Source: Anaerolineales bacterium (GTDB taxonomy: Bacteria; Chloroflexota; Anaerolineae; Anaerolineales; UBA6668). From it: 37,896 nt of DNA. The translations under genes and the position numbers were made by a program. The notes beneath the pieces were generated by a model. That model was not told where the DNA came from and ran no database searches. It saw only the letters and a program-made list of their open reading frames with translations. Below are positions 8,449 to 16,863 of the stretch, in pieces. Where the stretch lies: contig JAHDBS010000005.1 of the NCBI GenBank assembly GCA_020630225.1, positions 1 through 37,896 of the forward strand. Direction: 5' to 3'. Within the stretch, counting starts at the first letter, position 1, and every line of letters starts with the position of its first letter.

Positions 8449-9651
8449 CTAAGTCATAGGCATTAGGCGTTGCAACGGTCGCCAAGCTAACAACACTACA
8501 GCCCCAATTGCTGCGCCACCAATGGCTATGGCAGTTGGGGCGCCTGTATATTCTGCAATCCCTCCTAAAAAGACCCCTCCAACCCAGGTGAAGCCAAATA
8601 CTTGGGTGTAAATTCCTTGTACACGCCCCTGCATTTCATCTGTAGTATTGAGTAATACCGACGCAGTTAGCGTGACTTCAAAGGCCATCAGGGCTGCTTG
8701 CATTAGCCCAGCTAAGACTAGTGAAAGTGCTAACCAAGTCGAAAATGAGAACGCTAAAATCCCGGCGGAAGTTAGAATGCCACTGGTAATAACAAGCTTA
8801 GTTTTGTCTTTGTAGTCGCCTAAACTGGCAATGAGGGCTGTAGAAATCAGTGATCCTAAAGCACCTGCACCAGTTAAGTACCCAAAAGCAGAGGCATCTC
8901 CGGCGAGGACGTCACGTGCGACGACCGGCAGCATTGTTAAGTTGGACCAGCCAAGGAAGGACATCAAGAATCCGAGCGTAATCAACCACAACAGAATTTG
9001 GCTTTGCCAAATGTAAGTGATACCTTCCTTAACTGCTGCGCTTACAGCAATTGTTTGAGTGATGGGTTGGAAATTGCCAGCGACAAATAACACGCAGATA
9101 GCGGAGATTACACCAGTACCGACTGCGAAGAAATACCCATATTCAACGCCAAATTGAGCAATAATTACGCCAACCAATGCAGAGGCAGCTACGTTGCCAA
9201 GGTTGAAGCCTAACATTTGCGCGGCAGAGGCGTTGAGGACAGCTTCTTTCTTTACAACTGACACAATCATGGTATTGATTGCTGGCCAGCGCACGGAAAT
9301 GAGTACTCCTTCAAAAAACGCTGCCACAAATACGTGCCATAAAGCAATCTGTCCGGTCAGAATCAGAATAGCTAATACAAGAGCAACAAAGCTGTTGCCA
9401 ATTTCTACCCAAAATAGCGCGGTTTTCCGGTCAACGCGATCTAACATTACGCCAGCGAATGCACCGAGCAGAATTTGGGTTAGCCCTCGTACGGCTGGGG
9501 CTGCGCCGACCCAAAAGGGCGAGTCTGTAAGTGTAAGGACAAGCCAACCGCGCGCAACAAACACCGCAATGAGGCGAGCAGATCCGAATACAGAATTGAA
9601 CCAAAGCCAGCGATATGCTGGTAATTTCAACGTCTCTACTAGATTACGCAT
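8449..9651 (-). CDS. MFS transporter (12-TM type)
   Basis: 400-aa highly hydrophobic ORF with repeated TM segments and the MFS loop motif G..LDR.DRK (GVMLDRVDRKT) after TM2. Confidence 0.85.
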   Translation of the reverse strand: MRNLVETLKLPAYRWLWFNSVFGSARLIAVFVARGWLVLTLTDSPFWVGAAPAVRGLTQILLGAFAGVMLDRVDRKTALFWVEIGNSFVALVLAILILTGQIALWHVFVAAFFEGVLISVRWPAINTMIVSVVKKEAVLNASAAQMLGFNLGNVAASALVGVIIAQFGVEYGYFFAVGTGVISAICVLFVAGNFQPITQTIAVSAAVKEGITYIWQSQILLWLITLGFLMSFLGWSNLTMLPVVARDVLAGDASAFGYLTGAGALGSLISTALIASLGDYKDKTKLVITSGILTSAGILAFSFSTWLALSLVLAGLMQAALMAFEVTLTASVLLNTTDEMQGRVQGIYTQVFGFTWVGGVFLGGIAEYTGAPTAIAIGGAAIGAVVLLAWRPLQRLMPMT

Positions 9652-9696
9652 GTCTGTTCCTTTTACAGGGCTAGGATGTCACTGACTAGCAGAAAA

Positions 9697-9756
9697 GCAA
9701 AGCTCAACTTTTCTTGTTCAGCCTTCAAAATGAAGGATCCAAAAGTTGAGCTTTGC
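9697..9756 (-). terminator. Long nested hairpin downstream of the ABC transporter operon (putative terminator / RNA-stabilising stem)
   Basis: Perfect 16-bp outer inverted repeat GCAAAGCTCAACTTTT (9697-9712) / AAAAGTTGAGCTTTGC (9741-9756) enclosing an inner hairpin CCTTCA-AAA-TGAAGG (9722-9736). It lies 22 nt past the stop of the ATPase gene. Confidence 0.55.
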
Positions 9757-9778
9757 AGTGCTTAGGGTTTCGGCTTTA

Positions 9779-11824
9779 CTACGCTGGTTCCAGTTGAATT
9801 TGAATTAATTCGTTGACAGGAATATGACAGCGGATCTTATGATTGACTGCACCTTCAGGTGTTTGCCAAGCTGGCATTTCTTCGTCACAAATACTGCCGA
9901 CCCGAACTGGACAGCGGCGCTGGAATGGACAGCCTTGGGCCGGTGGTGAAGATTCTGGCGTATCGCCTCCAATCAACTTTGGTGCAACGTCGGGGTTTGG
10001 TTCAAGCGCTGCGCCAAGTAAAGTCTCTGTATATGGATGGAATGGCGCTGAGTAAATTTCTTCAACTGTTCCCACTTCACACAAGCGGCCTTGGTAGAGC
10101 ACGGCAACTCGATCTGCAAAGGCGCGCACAACGGCTAAGTCATGCGTAATGAAGATGTATGTCGTGCCGTGTTCTTTTTGCAGGTCTGCTAATAGGTCGA
10201 GTACTGCAGCTTGGACGGAAACATCTAGCGCTGATGTGACTTCGTCACACAAGACGACTTCTGGGTCAGCAGCAAAAGCTCGCGCAACAGCAACACGCTG
10301 CTTTTCGCCGCCAGACATTTGACCCGGGTAGCGATTGAGATAACGTTCGCTCAGACGCACGCGCTGCAACAGCTCTTTCATTCGTGCTTCTCGTTCGCTG
10401 GCAGGCATGCTGGGATAGTAAAGTTTTAGTGGTTGATCCAACAACTCTTTGACCGATTGGCGTGGATTGAGAGATGCATCTGGATTTTGAAAAATCATTT
10501 GGATGCGTTTGCGTAAGTCCATCGGACGATCATCTACGCTAACGGTGAGGTCAAAGTCCTCAAATTGGATAGCGCCGCCTTTAGACGGCAATAATCCAGA
10601 AATGGCGCGAACAATGGTTGACTTACCGCTACCGCTTTCTCCCACAAGCGCCACTGTTTCACCACGTTTGACGTTTAGGTTGACCCCAGAAACAGTTAAT
10701 GGCGGCTCTTTTTTGCCAAGTAATCGATCTACAAAATCTGGGTTGAAATAGGTGATGTCGACGCCATTGAGATCTAAAGCTGTCTCTTCAGAAATTGTCT
10801 TAACAATTTGTTGTACACCGGCTTTGAGATCTTGAGAGAAATCTTGCTTGCTAATTTCTTCTGCGTGATGACAGCGCACCAAGTGCGATTTTCCATCAGT
10901 TTGAATGTCATTTAAACCAGGGCTTTCTGTACGACACTGATCAGTCGCAAAGCTACAGCGTGGCTCAAAATGGCAGCCGGATAACGTTCCCGGTAATGGC
11001 GGCTGCCCTGGCATCGACTTTGGAATACCTGACAAGGTGAGGCGTGGAATTGATTCCAGCAGACCACGTGCATAAGGATGCGATGGAGAACGGAAGAGCT
11101 GCGAAACATTGGCATCTTCAACAACTTCACCGGCATACATGACTGCAACCCGATCGCTCACGCGAGCAATTACGCCAAGGTCATGACTGATGTACATCAT
11201 TGCTGTGCCAAGGTCATCAACAATGGCACGCATTAGGTCAAGAATATGCGCTTGGGTGGTGACGTCTAATCCTGTGGTGGGTTCGTCCAACACCAACATG
11301 TCTGGCTCACCCGCGAGAGCCATTGCCACTGCTACCCGTTGTTGCTGCCCCCCTGAAAGTTCATGGGGATAGCGTGAGACCATCTCCTCGGGCGAAGGTA
11401 GCCTGACTTGTGTAAATAGTTCGACAACGCGGTCCTTGGCAGCTTGACCAGTAATGTTGGCGTTTAGTTCAAGTGCTTCCTCAATTTGCTTGCCACATCG
11501 TAAGGTCGGTGTCAGCGACTGGCCTGCATTTTGAGGAATAAGCGCAATACGTTTACCGCGTAAGGCTTCTAACTCGCGCGGAGAGAGCGAGAACATATTG
11601 ATGCCATCGTAATTAACACTGCCGCTAAGGATCTTGCTTCCAGAGCGCAGGAAGCCCATCATCGCTTGGCCAAGCGTGCTTTTACCACAGCCAGACTCGC
11701 CGACAAGCCCCAGCGTCTCGCCTTTTTTGATAGTCAGGTTTACGTTACGCAGGACGTGAACTAAGCGGCCATATTTGGTGTGATAGCCAATGGTAAGGTC
11801 TTTGATATCAACGAGATTACTCAC
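9779..11824 (-). CDS. ABC transporter ATP-binding protein, fused tandem DppD/DppF-type (oligopeptide/dipeptide/nickel family)
   Basis: Two complete ATPase modules are present: Walker A GESGCGKST and GESGSGKST; signatures LSGGQQQR and MSGGEKQR; Walker B LVLDEPT and VLCDEVT. Each is followed by the Cys-rich Opp-type C-terminal segment. The GTG start overlaps the upstream stop (GTGA, 11821-11824). Confidence 0.9.
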   Translation of the reverse strand: MSNLVDIKDLTIGYHTKYGRLVHVLRNVNLTIKKGETLGLVGESGCGKSTLGQAMMGFLRSGSKILSGSVNYDGINMFSLSPRELEALRGKRIALIPQNAGQSLTPTLRCGKQIEEALELNANITGQAAKDRVVELFTQVRLPSPEEMVSRYPHELSGGQQQRVAVAMALAGEPDMLVLDEPTTGLDVTTQAHILDLMRAIVDDLGTAMMYISHDLGVIARVSDRVAVMYAGEVVEDANVSQLFRSPSHPYARGLLESIPRLTLSGIPKSMPGQPPLPGTLSGCHFEPRCSFATDQCRTESPGLNDIQTDGKSHLVRCHHAEEISKQDFSQDLKAGVQQIVKTISEETALDLNGVDITYFNPDFVDRLLGKKEPPLTVSGVNLNVKRGETVALVGESGSGKSTIVRAISGLLPSKGGAIQFEDFDLTVSVDDRPMDLRKRIQMIFQNPDASLNPRQSVKELLDQPLKLYYPSMPASEREARMKELLQRVRLSERYLNRYPGQMSGGEKQRVAVARAFAADPEVVLCDEVTSALDVSVQAAVLDLLADLQKEHGTTYIFITHDLAVVRAFADRVAVLYQGRLCEVGTVEEIYSAPFHPYTETLLGAALEPNPDVAPKLIGGDTPESSPPAQGCPFQRRCPVRVGSICDEEMPAWQTPEGAVNHKIRCHIPVNELIQIQLEPA

Positions 11825-12729
11825 AATGGTGCTCCTTGGCTGCGATCTAGCCCCAGCGCTTTAGCAAGTGCATCAGCAAACAAGTTGATGCCAATAATCA
11901 ATGAACTCAACATAATGATCGGGCCAAACGTCGCCCATGGTTGGAGGGCCATGATTTGACGATTTTCAGCAACCATTCGTCCCCAGTCAACAGCCGGTGG
12001 GGATACCCCAAACCCTAAGAATGACAATGAGGTAAATGCGAGTAGCATCCAAGACCAGCGCATTGCGCCTTCGACTAGCATGACATCCATTACATTGGGT
12101 AGCAGTTCCCGTAGCACAACTGTCCGTTTGCTTTCCCCACGGGCGCGTGCTGCTTGGACAAATTCACGAGTAACGTAATCATGTGTAGCAGCCCGCGCGA
12201 CACGAATGATCGGAATGCCGTAGAAGAAACCAAAGGTAAGGGCTTGTACCCAAGGTTCAGTGCCGACAACAGACACGATCAATAGAAGGAATAGCAGCCA
12301 GGGAATCGCAAGAAATGCATCCACTAGCCGCATGATGATGTCATCAGCACGGCCTCCGACAAAGCCCAGCAAAATCCCGACAAAACCACCCCAAGCCAAT
12401 GCCATAGAGGTCCCAATCAGGCTAACTGTAATCAGAATGCGGCCTCCGACGAGCGAGCGAGAGAATACGTCACGGCCAGTGTTGTCTGTGCCCATCCAAT
12501 GCTCTGCACTTGGCATTTCTCGGCGCACAGTGGCGTCCATTAGCTGTGGATCAACTGGTGTAATCATGGGGCCAATCAGTACCAGAACAAAGTGCATGAT
12601 GATAAGACCAATGCCAATCATGCCGCCACGCGAACGTTTGAGGTTGTCCCAAACTTCACCAGCCGGCGATTTAGGTTTGTCTGGCGTTGTGTCTTTTATG
12701 TTTGAGTAAGAAGGGTTCGCAACAGTCAT
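11821..12729 (-). CDS. ABC transporter permease, DppC/OppC-like
   Basis: 302-aa polytopic membrane ORF with a BPD-transporter EAA-like loop (ARARGESKRTVVLRELLPN). An AAGGTG RBS precedes ATG 12729. Confidence 0.9.
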   Translation of the reverse strand: MTVANPSYSNIKDTTPDKPKSPAGEVWDNLKRSRGGMIGIGLIIMHFVLVLIGPMITPVDPQLMDATVRREMPSAEHWMGTDNTGRDVFSRSLVGGRILITVSLIGTSMALAWGGFVGILLGFVGGRADDIIMRLVDAFLAIPWLLFLLLIVSVVGTEPWVQALTFGFFYGIPIIRVARAATHDYVTREFVQAARARGESKRTVVLRELLPNVMDVMLVEGAMRWSWMLLAFTSLSFLGFGVSPPAVDWGRMVAENRQIMALQPWATFGPIIMLSSLIIGINLFADALAKALGLDRSQGAPL

Positions 12730-12742
12730 GTCAATTCACCTT

Positions 12743-13699
12743 TTATCCTTGCGCAATTGCTGTGCGTAACCGTGGGTTGAGCAAGAGCGTTGCGATGTCT
12801 GCTGCGAGATTTACCAAGATGTAAATTGTTGCGAGAATGATTGCAATGCCTTGAACTAGGGCGAGGTCACGGTCGGAGATTCCGTTGATCATTAGTGTGC
12901 CAATCCCAGGATAGTTGAACACTGCCTCGATGATGACAACCCCACCTAGCAGCCAAGCAATGGTGAGCGCCACAATATTAATGGTGGGCAGCATTGCATT
13001 TGGTAAGGCGTGGCGCCAAACAATGCGCCATGCAGGCACGCCTTTAAGACGCGCCATGTTGATGTAATCGCTCACCATTACATCGATCATGCTGGTACGA
13101 ACAAGACGCAAAATGTGGGCCATCATCACTAAAGTTAGCGTAATGATTGGCAACCAAATGTTTGGAATAAGCTCAGTAATTTTGGCGTCAGTAGCTACAG
13201 TTGTAATAGCGGGGAACCACTTTAGCCGGATTGCAAAAACGAAAATTAGAATGGTGCCTGTTACAAATTCGGGCAGCGTCATTGCAAAAATTGAAATAGT
13301 AGAAATGATGATGTCTGGCAAGCGGTCTCGCATGAGCCCAGTCATTACACCAAGAAAGATTGCCAGCGGAATGCCTATGAGCGAGGATGCAACGGCAAGC
13401 ACAACAGTGTTGCGCAATCGATTGCCAATGAGCTCTGTCACAGGCTTACGGCGGACGAGCGAGTCGCCAAGATCGCCTTGAATAACACCGCCAAACCAAT
13501 CAAAGTAGCGGGTAACAGCAGGGCGATTTAGCCCAAATTCTTCTTGTAAGTTTGCAAGACTTTCTGGCGTGGCATCACGCCCTAAATAAGCGGTGGCCAT
13601 ATCGCCCGGCAGTGCTTCTACTGCCAGAAAAACGATAATTGACACGATGATGAGCGTAAGAATCGCAAGCATCAACCGCCTTAGTATGAGTCCAAACAT
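12743..13699 (-). CDS. ABC transporter permease, DppB/OppB-like
   Basis: MFGLILRRLMLAILTLIIVSIIVF... is the typical DppB N-terminus, and an EAA loop is present (MARLKGVPAWRIVWRHALPNA). Start is ATG 13699 preceded by GGAGG-N4. The track start at 13768 adds an implausible extension. Confidence 0.9.
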   Translation of the reverse strand: MFGLILRRLMLAILTLIIVSIIVFLAVEALPGDMATAYLGRDATPESLANLQEEFGLNRPAVTRYFDWFGGVIQGDLGDSLVRRKPVTELIGNRLRNTVVLAVASSLIGIPLAIFLGVMTGLMRDRLPDIIISTISIFAMTLPEFVTGTILIFVFAIRLKWFPAITTVATDAKITELIPNIWLPIITLTLVMMAHILRLVRTSMIDVMVSDYINMARLKGVPAWRIVWRHALPNAMLPTINIVALTIAWLLGGVVIIEAVFNYPGIGTLMINGISDRDLALVQGIAIILATIYILVNLAADIATLLLNPRLRTAIAQG

Positions 13700-13754
13700 A
13701 GTTCCTCCAAATGTCCTGTCTTGTTTGGCGAGTGAGTAGACCAGAGCTAAGTGC

Positions 13755-13769
13755 AGTGAGCTGCTCACT
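13755..13769. promoter_or_regulatory. Variant LacI-type operator (AGTGAGC-T-GCTCACT) upstream of the permease/ATPase genes
   Basis: It has the same GTGAGC/GCTCAC half-sites as the two perfect palindromes at 14888 and 15045, but with one extra central base. It lies 56 nt upstream of the permease start codon. Confidence 0.5.
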
Positions 13770-13850
13770 TTTCTTTGATATGAAGTTGTGTAACAAAATC
13801 GACCAGTGTGTGGCTAGGTCAACAGCAGCCTAGGCTAAGTAGTCCTTAAC

Positions 13851-14879
13851 TTAGTGTGACAAGGCTGCGATTTGGCGCGACTTGGTTGAGCCACGCAGCA
13901 CCAGTTCTATATCCAATAAGGTGGGTGGATAAATGATGTCTGGTGTTTTTATCATTTCTAAAAGCTGTTCCATCGCAAGCTGTCCAATTTCGAAGCTTGG
14001 GATGCGTAAGGTAGTTAGTGCAGGAAAAACATGTGCTGCTACAGAGATGTCGTCATAACCAATGACAGAAATATCATCTGGCACGTTTAGACCCATGTCA
14101 CGACAGGCGTGCATTGCTGCAATGGCCATCATGTCGTTATACGCAACAATCGCGGTTAGGTCTGGATTACGCGTCACGAGTTGCTTCGTCGTGCGGTGAG
14201 CAGCTTCCAAGTTGGTGTTGCTTGCTTGCATGATCCAATTTGAATTGACTTCAAGCCCAAGCGATTGAAACCCTTTTTTATACCCTTTGACGTGGAAAAT
14301 ATTTTCTTGGTCGCCAGGCCGTGTGAGAAGCCCCACCTTACGATGACCAGACCCGATCAAATATTCAATTAGGGATTGGGTCGCACGCTCAATATCGGTA
14401 GTAATAGATGTTAAGTTTGGCGCACTCATGTTGCGGTGGACAACAACAATAGGTAGATTTTTGTCTGCAAAACTTGCAACTGTCTGCAAGTCCAAGTGTG
14501 TGCTTGACAGAACAATGCCATCTACATTTTCTGAAATTAGCGCATTTATGGTTTCAATTTCAGCATCGCGCACATAGTTTGTGGTGCGAATAAACACATT
14601 GTAGCCAACTGTTTGCGCCATTGTTTCCAAGCCGCGAATAACTTCGGAATGAGCCGGATTCAAGATATTGCCAATAACTAATCCAATAGTCTTTGATTGA
14701 TTGCTCGCCATCCCTCGAGCTAATCGGCTGGGGCGGTAGCCAAGTTCCTCAATAGTCGCAAGAACGCGTTGGCGCGTTTTCTCGCTAATCCCATTCATAT
14801 TATTAATGGCACGCGAAACGGTTTGGCGTGACACACCAGCATATTTCGCGACATCATCAATCGTAATATTTTTCTTCAT
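13851..14879 (-). CDS. LacI/GalR-family transcriptional regulator
   Basis: The N-terminal HTH MKKNITIDDVAKYAGVSRQTVSRAINN is followed by a periplasmic-binding-protein-like sugar/ligand domain. Start is ATG 14879. The track GTG 14900 lies inside the operator palindrome. Confidence 0.9.
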   Translation of the reverse strand: MKKNITIDDVAKYAGVSRQTVSRAINNMNGISEKTRQRVLATIEELGYRPSRLARGMASNQSKTIGLVIGNILNPAHSEVIRGLETMAQTVGYNVFIRTTNYVRDAEIETINALISENVDGIVLSSTHLDLQTVASFADKNLPIVVVHRNMSAPNLTSITTDIERATQSLIEYLIGSGHRKVGLLTRPGDQENIFHVKGYKKGFQSLGLEVNSNWIMQASNTNLEAAHRTTKQLVTRNPDLTAIVAYNDMMAIAAMHACRDMGLNVPDDISVIGYDDISVAAHVFPALTTLRIPSFEIGQLAMEQLLEMIKTPDIIYPPTLLDIELVLRGSTKSRQIAALSH

Positions 14880-14887
14880 AAAGTTTG

Positions 14888-14901
14888 CGTGAGCGCTCAC
14901 G
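14888..14901. promoter_or_regulatory. LacI-type operator, perfect 14-bp palindrome CGTGAGCGCTCACG (autoregulatory position)
   Basis: Perfect palindrome 9 nt upstream of the lacI ATG and immediately downstream of a minus-strand promoter-like TTGCAA-17-TAAACT. An identical copy is at 15045-15058. Confidence 0.6.
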
Positions 14902-14902
14902 T

Positions 14903-14931
14903 AGTTTAGTTGCGAACAGATGTTATTGCAA
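14903..14931 (-). promoter_or_regulatory. Putative sigma70-type promoter of the lacI (and possibly permease) transcript
   Basis: Read on the minus strand: TTGCAA (14931-14926), 17-nt spacer, TAAACT (14908-14903). The operator palindrome starts 1 nt after the -10 element. Confidence 0.45.
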
Positions 14932-15012
14932 GTGAAAATCGTTTTTGCTTAGACTTTTGGCTGTTTTTTTTATTTTTGCAGTCGTATTGTTATAAATTGC
15001 TGCTGATTCGTG

Positions 15013-15042
15013 TTGACAAAACGTATTTCTGCACTTTATAGT
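15013..15042 (+). promoter_or_regulatory. Putative sigma70-type promoter of the SBP-Rieske-aminomethyltransferase operon
   Basis: TTGACA (15013-15018), 18-nt spacer, TATAGT (15037-15042). The operator palindrome begins 2 nt downstream. Confidence 0.5.
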
Positions 15043-15044
15043 TG

Positions 15045-15058
15045 CGTGAGCGCTCACG
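15045..15058. promoter_or_regulatory. LacI-type operator, perfect 14-bp palindrome CGTGAGCGCTCACG over the predicted transcription start of the SBP operon
   Basis: Identical to the copy at 14888-14901, including the 5' flank TTG (TTGCGTGAGCGCTCACG in both). It is positioned directly after the -10 element. Confidence 0.65.
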
Positions 15059-15157
15059 AGTTATATCTACTTTATAACAGTGATGCGTCCTCATGAGAAT
15101 GGTCTCGCTATTCTCGCCACACTTTCGTTTTAGAAAATTAGTTTGGAGAAAAGAAGC

Positions 15158-16786
15158 ATGAAGAAAGTTTCCCTTTTAGTCATCTTGGGTGCTTTGCTAA
15201 TGGCTGCTCTCGCTGCATGTGCAGCGCCAGAGCCAGAAGTAATTATTCAAGAAGTTGAAGTCACAACTGTTGTCGAAGTTGAAAAAGAAGTCGAAGTTGT
15301 TGTAACTGAAGTGGTTGAAGTTGAGAAAGAAGTTGAGAAAGTTGTTGAGGTTGAAAAAGAACTAAGCAACCGTGGGATTTTCCGCATTCCACACGATGGC
15401 GCCTGGGGTGGGACTGAAAATGTAGATCCTGTCGATCCTGCACGTTTTTACCCAACTATCACCATGATTTACGATGGTCTCGTGCGCCAAGGGGCTAGCG
15501 GTAGCCCAGCCCCAAGTCTTGCTAAAGATTGGAGCGCGAACGAAACTGCGGATGTGTGGACCTTCAACTTGCGCGAAGGTGTTATGTTCCATGATGGTTC
15601 CCCAATGACCTCTGCCGATGTAGCTTACTCAGTGGTTCACTGGCAAACAGAACCTTCAACTATTGCACCAGTATTGGCAATTGTTGAAAGTGTTGACACA
15701 CCGGATGATTACACTGTAGTCATGAATTTGAACCAAGCTCACGCTGACTTCCCACTGCTGATTATGGATTACCGCGCACGTGTTATTCCTGCAGACAGTG
15801 CTGAAACCATTCGTGACACTGGTATGGGTACCGGTCCATTCAAATTAGAAAAATTGGATGTAGAAGGGACCACTATTCTGACTGCAAATGACGACTATTG
15901 GGGTGGTCCTCCAGGGATGGCTGGGGTAGAAGTTCACCATATTCCAGATTCAGAAGCACAATTGCAAGCATTCTTGGCTAGCCAAGTTGACTGGTTAGAT
16001 ATGACCCTTGCACAAGCTGAATTGGCAGAAGCCACCGGCGGCTTTGACATCATTTCCTTCCCTGCTGGCGGTTGGTCAGGTCTGATTATGCGGACAGACA
16101 TTCCACCATTCGACAACCCAGATTTGCGTCGTGCAATGCGTGTTGTTGCTGATCGCCAAGCAATGGTTGACATTGCTCTTTCAGGGGCAGGGATTGTTGC
16201 CTGTGATACACCAGTCAAGCCAGACGATCAATATCGCTTCAATCCAGACTGCTCACCAAATCCAGAATTGGCAACTGAATTGTTAGCATCTGCTGGCTAC
16301 AGTGGCGAAACGCTGACCTTGCACATTTCAGACGTATGTCCAGACTGGACGCCTCTAGCTGAAATCTATCAACAACAATTGGCCGCTGTTGGCGTCAATT
16401 TGGATATCAATGTCGTGCCATCTGATGGGTACTGGACAGATGCTTGGATGGTTGAACCATTCTCAGCAACCTGTTGGGGTGAACGTCAAGCGGACCAAAT
16501 CTTGAATGAAGCCTATCGCTCTGGTGGGTCTTGGAACGAAACTTACTTCAACAATGAAGAGTTCGATGGCCTCTTAGATGCAGCGCGCCAAGAACTGGAC
16601 TTCGATGCACGTAAGGCCTTGTACCAAGGTGCACAAGAAATCTTGTGGAACGAAGGTGGGGCGCTTATTCCTTACCATGGTACAAACTTCCGTGGTACGA
16701 CCCAATGTGTAATTGGGGTGCCTTCAGTTTACGAATTCCAAGTGAACTGGGCAGATATCTCTGTTACGCCTGGCTGTGCGAACTAG
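15158..16786 (+). CDS. ABC transporter substrate-binding lipoprotein, family 5 (DppA/OppA/NikA-like)
   Basis: ATG 15158 is preceded by GGAGAA. The signal peptide has a lipobox LAAC (Cys codon 15218-15220), followed by a V/E-rich linker and then an SBP_bac_5-like body (LVRQG.., NDDYWGG.P). Confidence 0.9.
   Translation: MKKVSLLVILGALLMAALAACAAPEPEVIIQEVEVTTVVEVEKEVEVVVTEVVEVEKEVEKVVEVEKELSNRGIFRIPHDGAWGGTENVDPVDPARFYPTITMIYDGLVRQGASGSPAPSLAKDWSANETADVWTFNLREGVMFHDGSPMTSADVAYSVVHWQTEPSTIAPVLAIVESVDTPDDYTVVMNLNQAHADFPLLIMDYRARVIPADSAETIRDTGMGTGPFKLEKLDVEGTTILTANDDYWGGPPGMAGVEVHHIPDSEAQLQAFLASQVDWLDMTLAQAELAEATGGFDIISFPAGGWSGLIMRTDIPPFDNPDLRRAMRVVADRQAMVDIALSGAGIVACDTPVKPDDQYRFNPDCSPNPELATELLASAGYSGETLTLHISDVCPDWTPLAEIYQQQLAAVGVNLDINVVPSDGYWTDAWMVEPFSATCWGERQADQILNEAYRSGGSWNETYFNNEEFDGLLDAARQELDFDARKALYQGAQEILWNEGGALIPYHGTNFRGTTQCVIGVPSVYEFQVNWADISVTPGCAN
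15251..15361 (+). repeat. Intragenic low-complexity tandem repeat encoding a (V/E/K/T)-only linker
   Basis: The peptide EVEVTTVVEVEKEVEVVVTEVVEVEKEVEKVVEVEKE is encoded by reiterated GTTGAAGTTGAGAAAGAA-like units directly after the lipobox. Confidence 0.8.
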
Positions 16787-16816
16787 CTTTGTGACGTAGC
16801 TATCTAGTAACCGAAA

Positions 16817-16853
16817 GGGCAGTCACTCGTATGAGCGGCTGCCCTTTTTTATT
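16817..16853 (+). terminator. Strong intrinsic terminator / intra-operon attenuator after the SBP gene
   Basis: GGGCAGTCACTC-GTAT-GAGCGGCTGCCC pairs 11 of 12 positions (16817-16844) and is followed by TTTTTTATT. It starts 31 nt after the SBP stop and ends only about 10 nt before the Rieske gene ATG. Confidence 0.8.
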
Positions 16854-16863
16854 CAACTTTACT

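Noticed and set aside
9194-9685. 163-aa plus-strand ORF antisense to the MFS transporter gene
   Set aside because: It lies entirely inside a well-supported membrane-protein CDS on the other strand. Its Arg/Thr/Ser/Ala/Pro-rich composition is typical of shadow ORFs. No RBS is present.
12260-13481. 149-aa and 130-aa plus-strand ORFs antisense to the two ABC permease genes
   Set aside because: They are shadow ORFs embedded in strong permease CDSs, with low-complexity Ser/Arg/Pro/Met-rich translations and no start context.
16831-16863. Track start of the Rieske ORF at 16831 (MSGCPFLFNFT...)
   Set aside because: These codons are the descending arm and U-tract of the terminator hairpin after the SBP gene. 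ATG 16864 is the first start outside the structure and still precedes the conserved N-terminal block.
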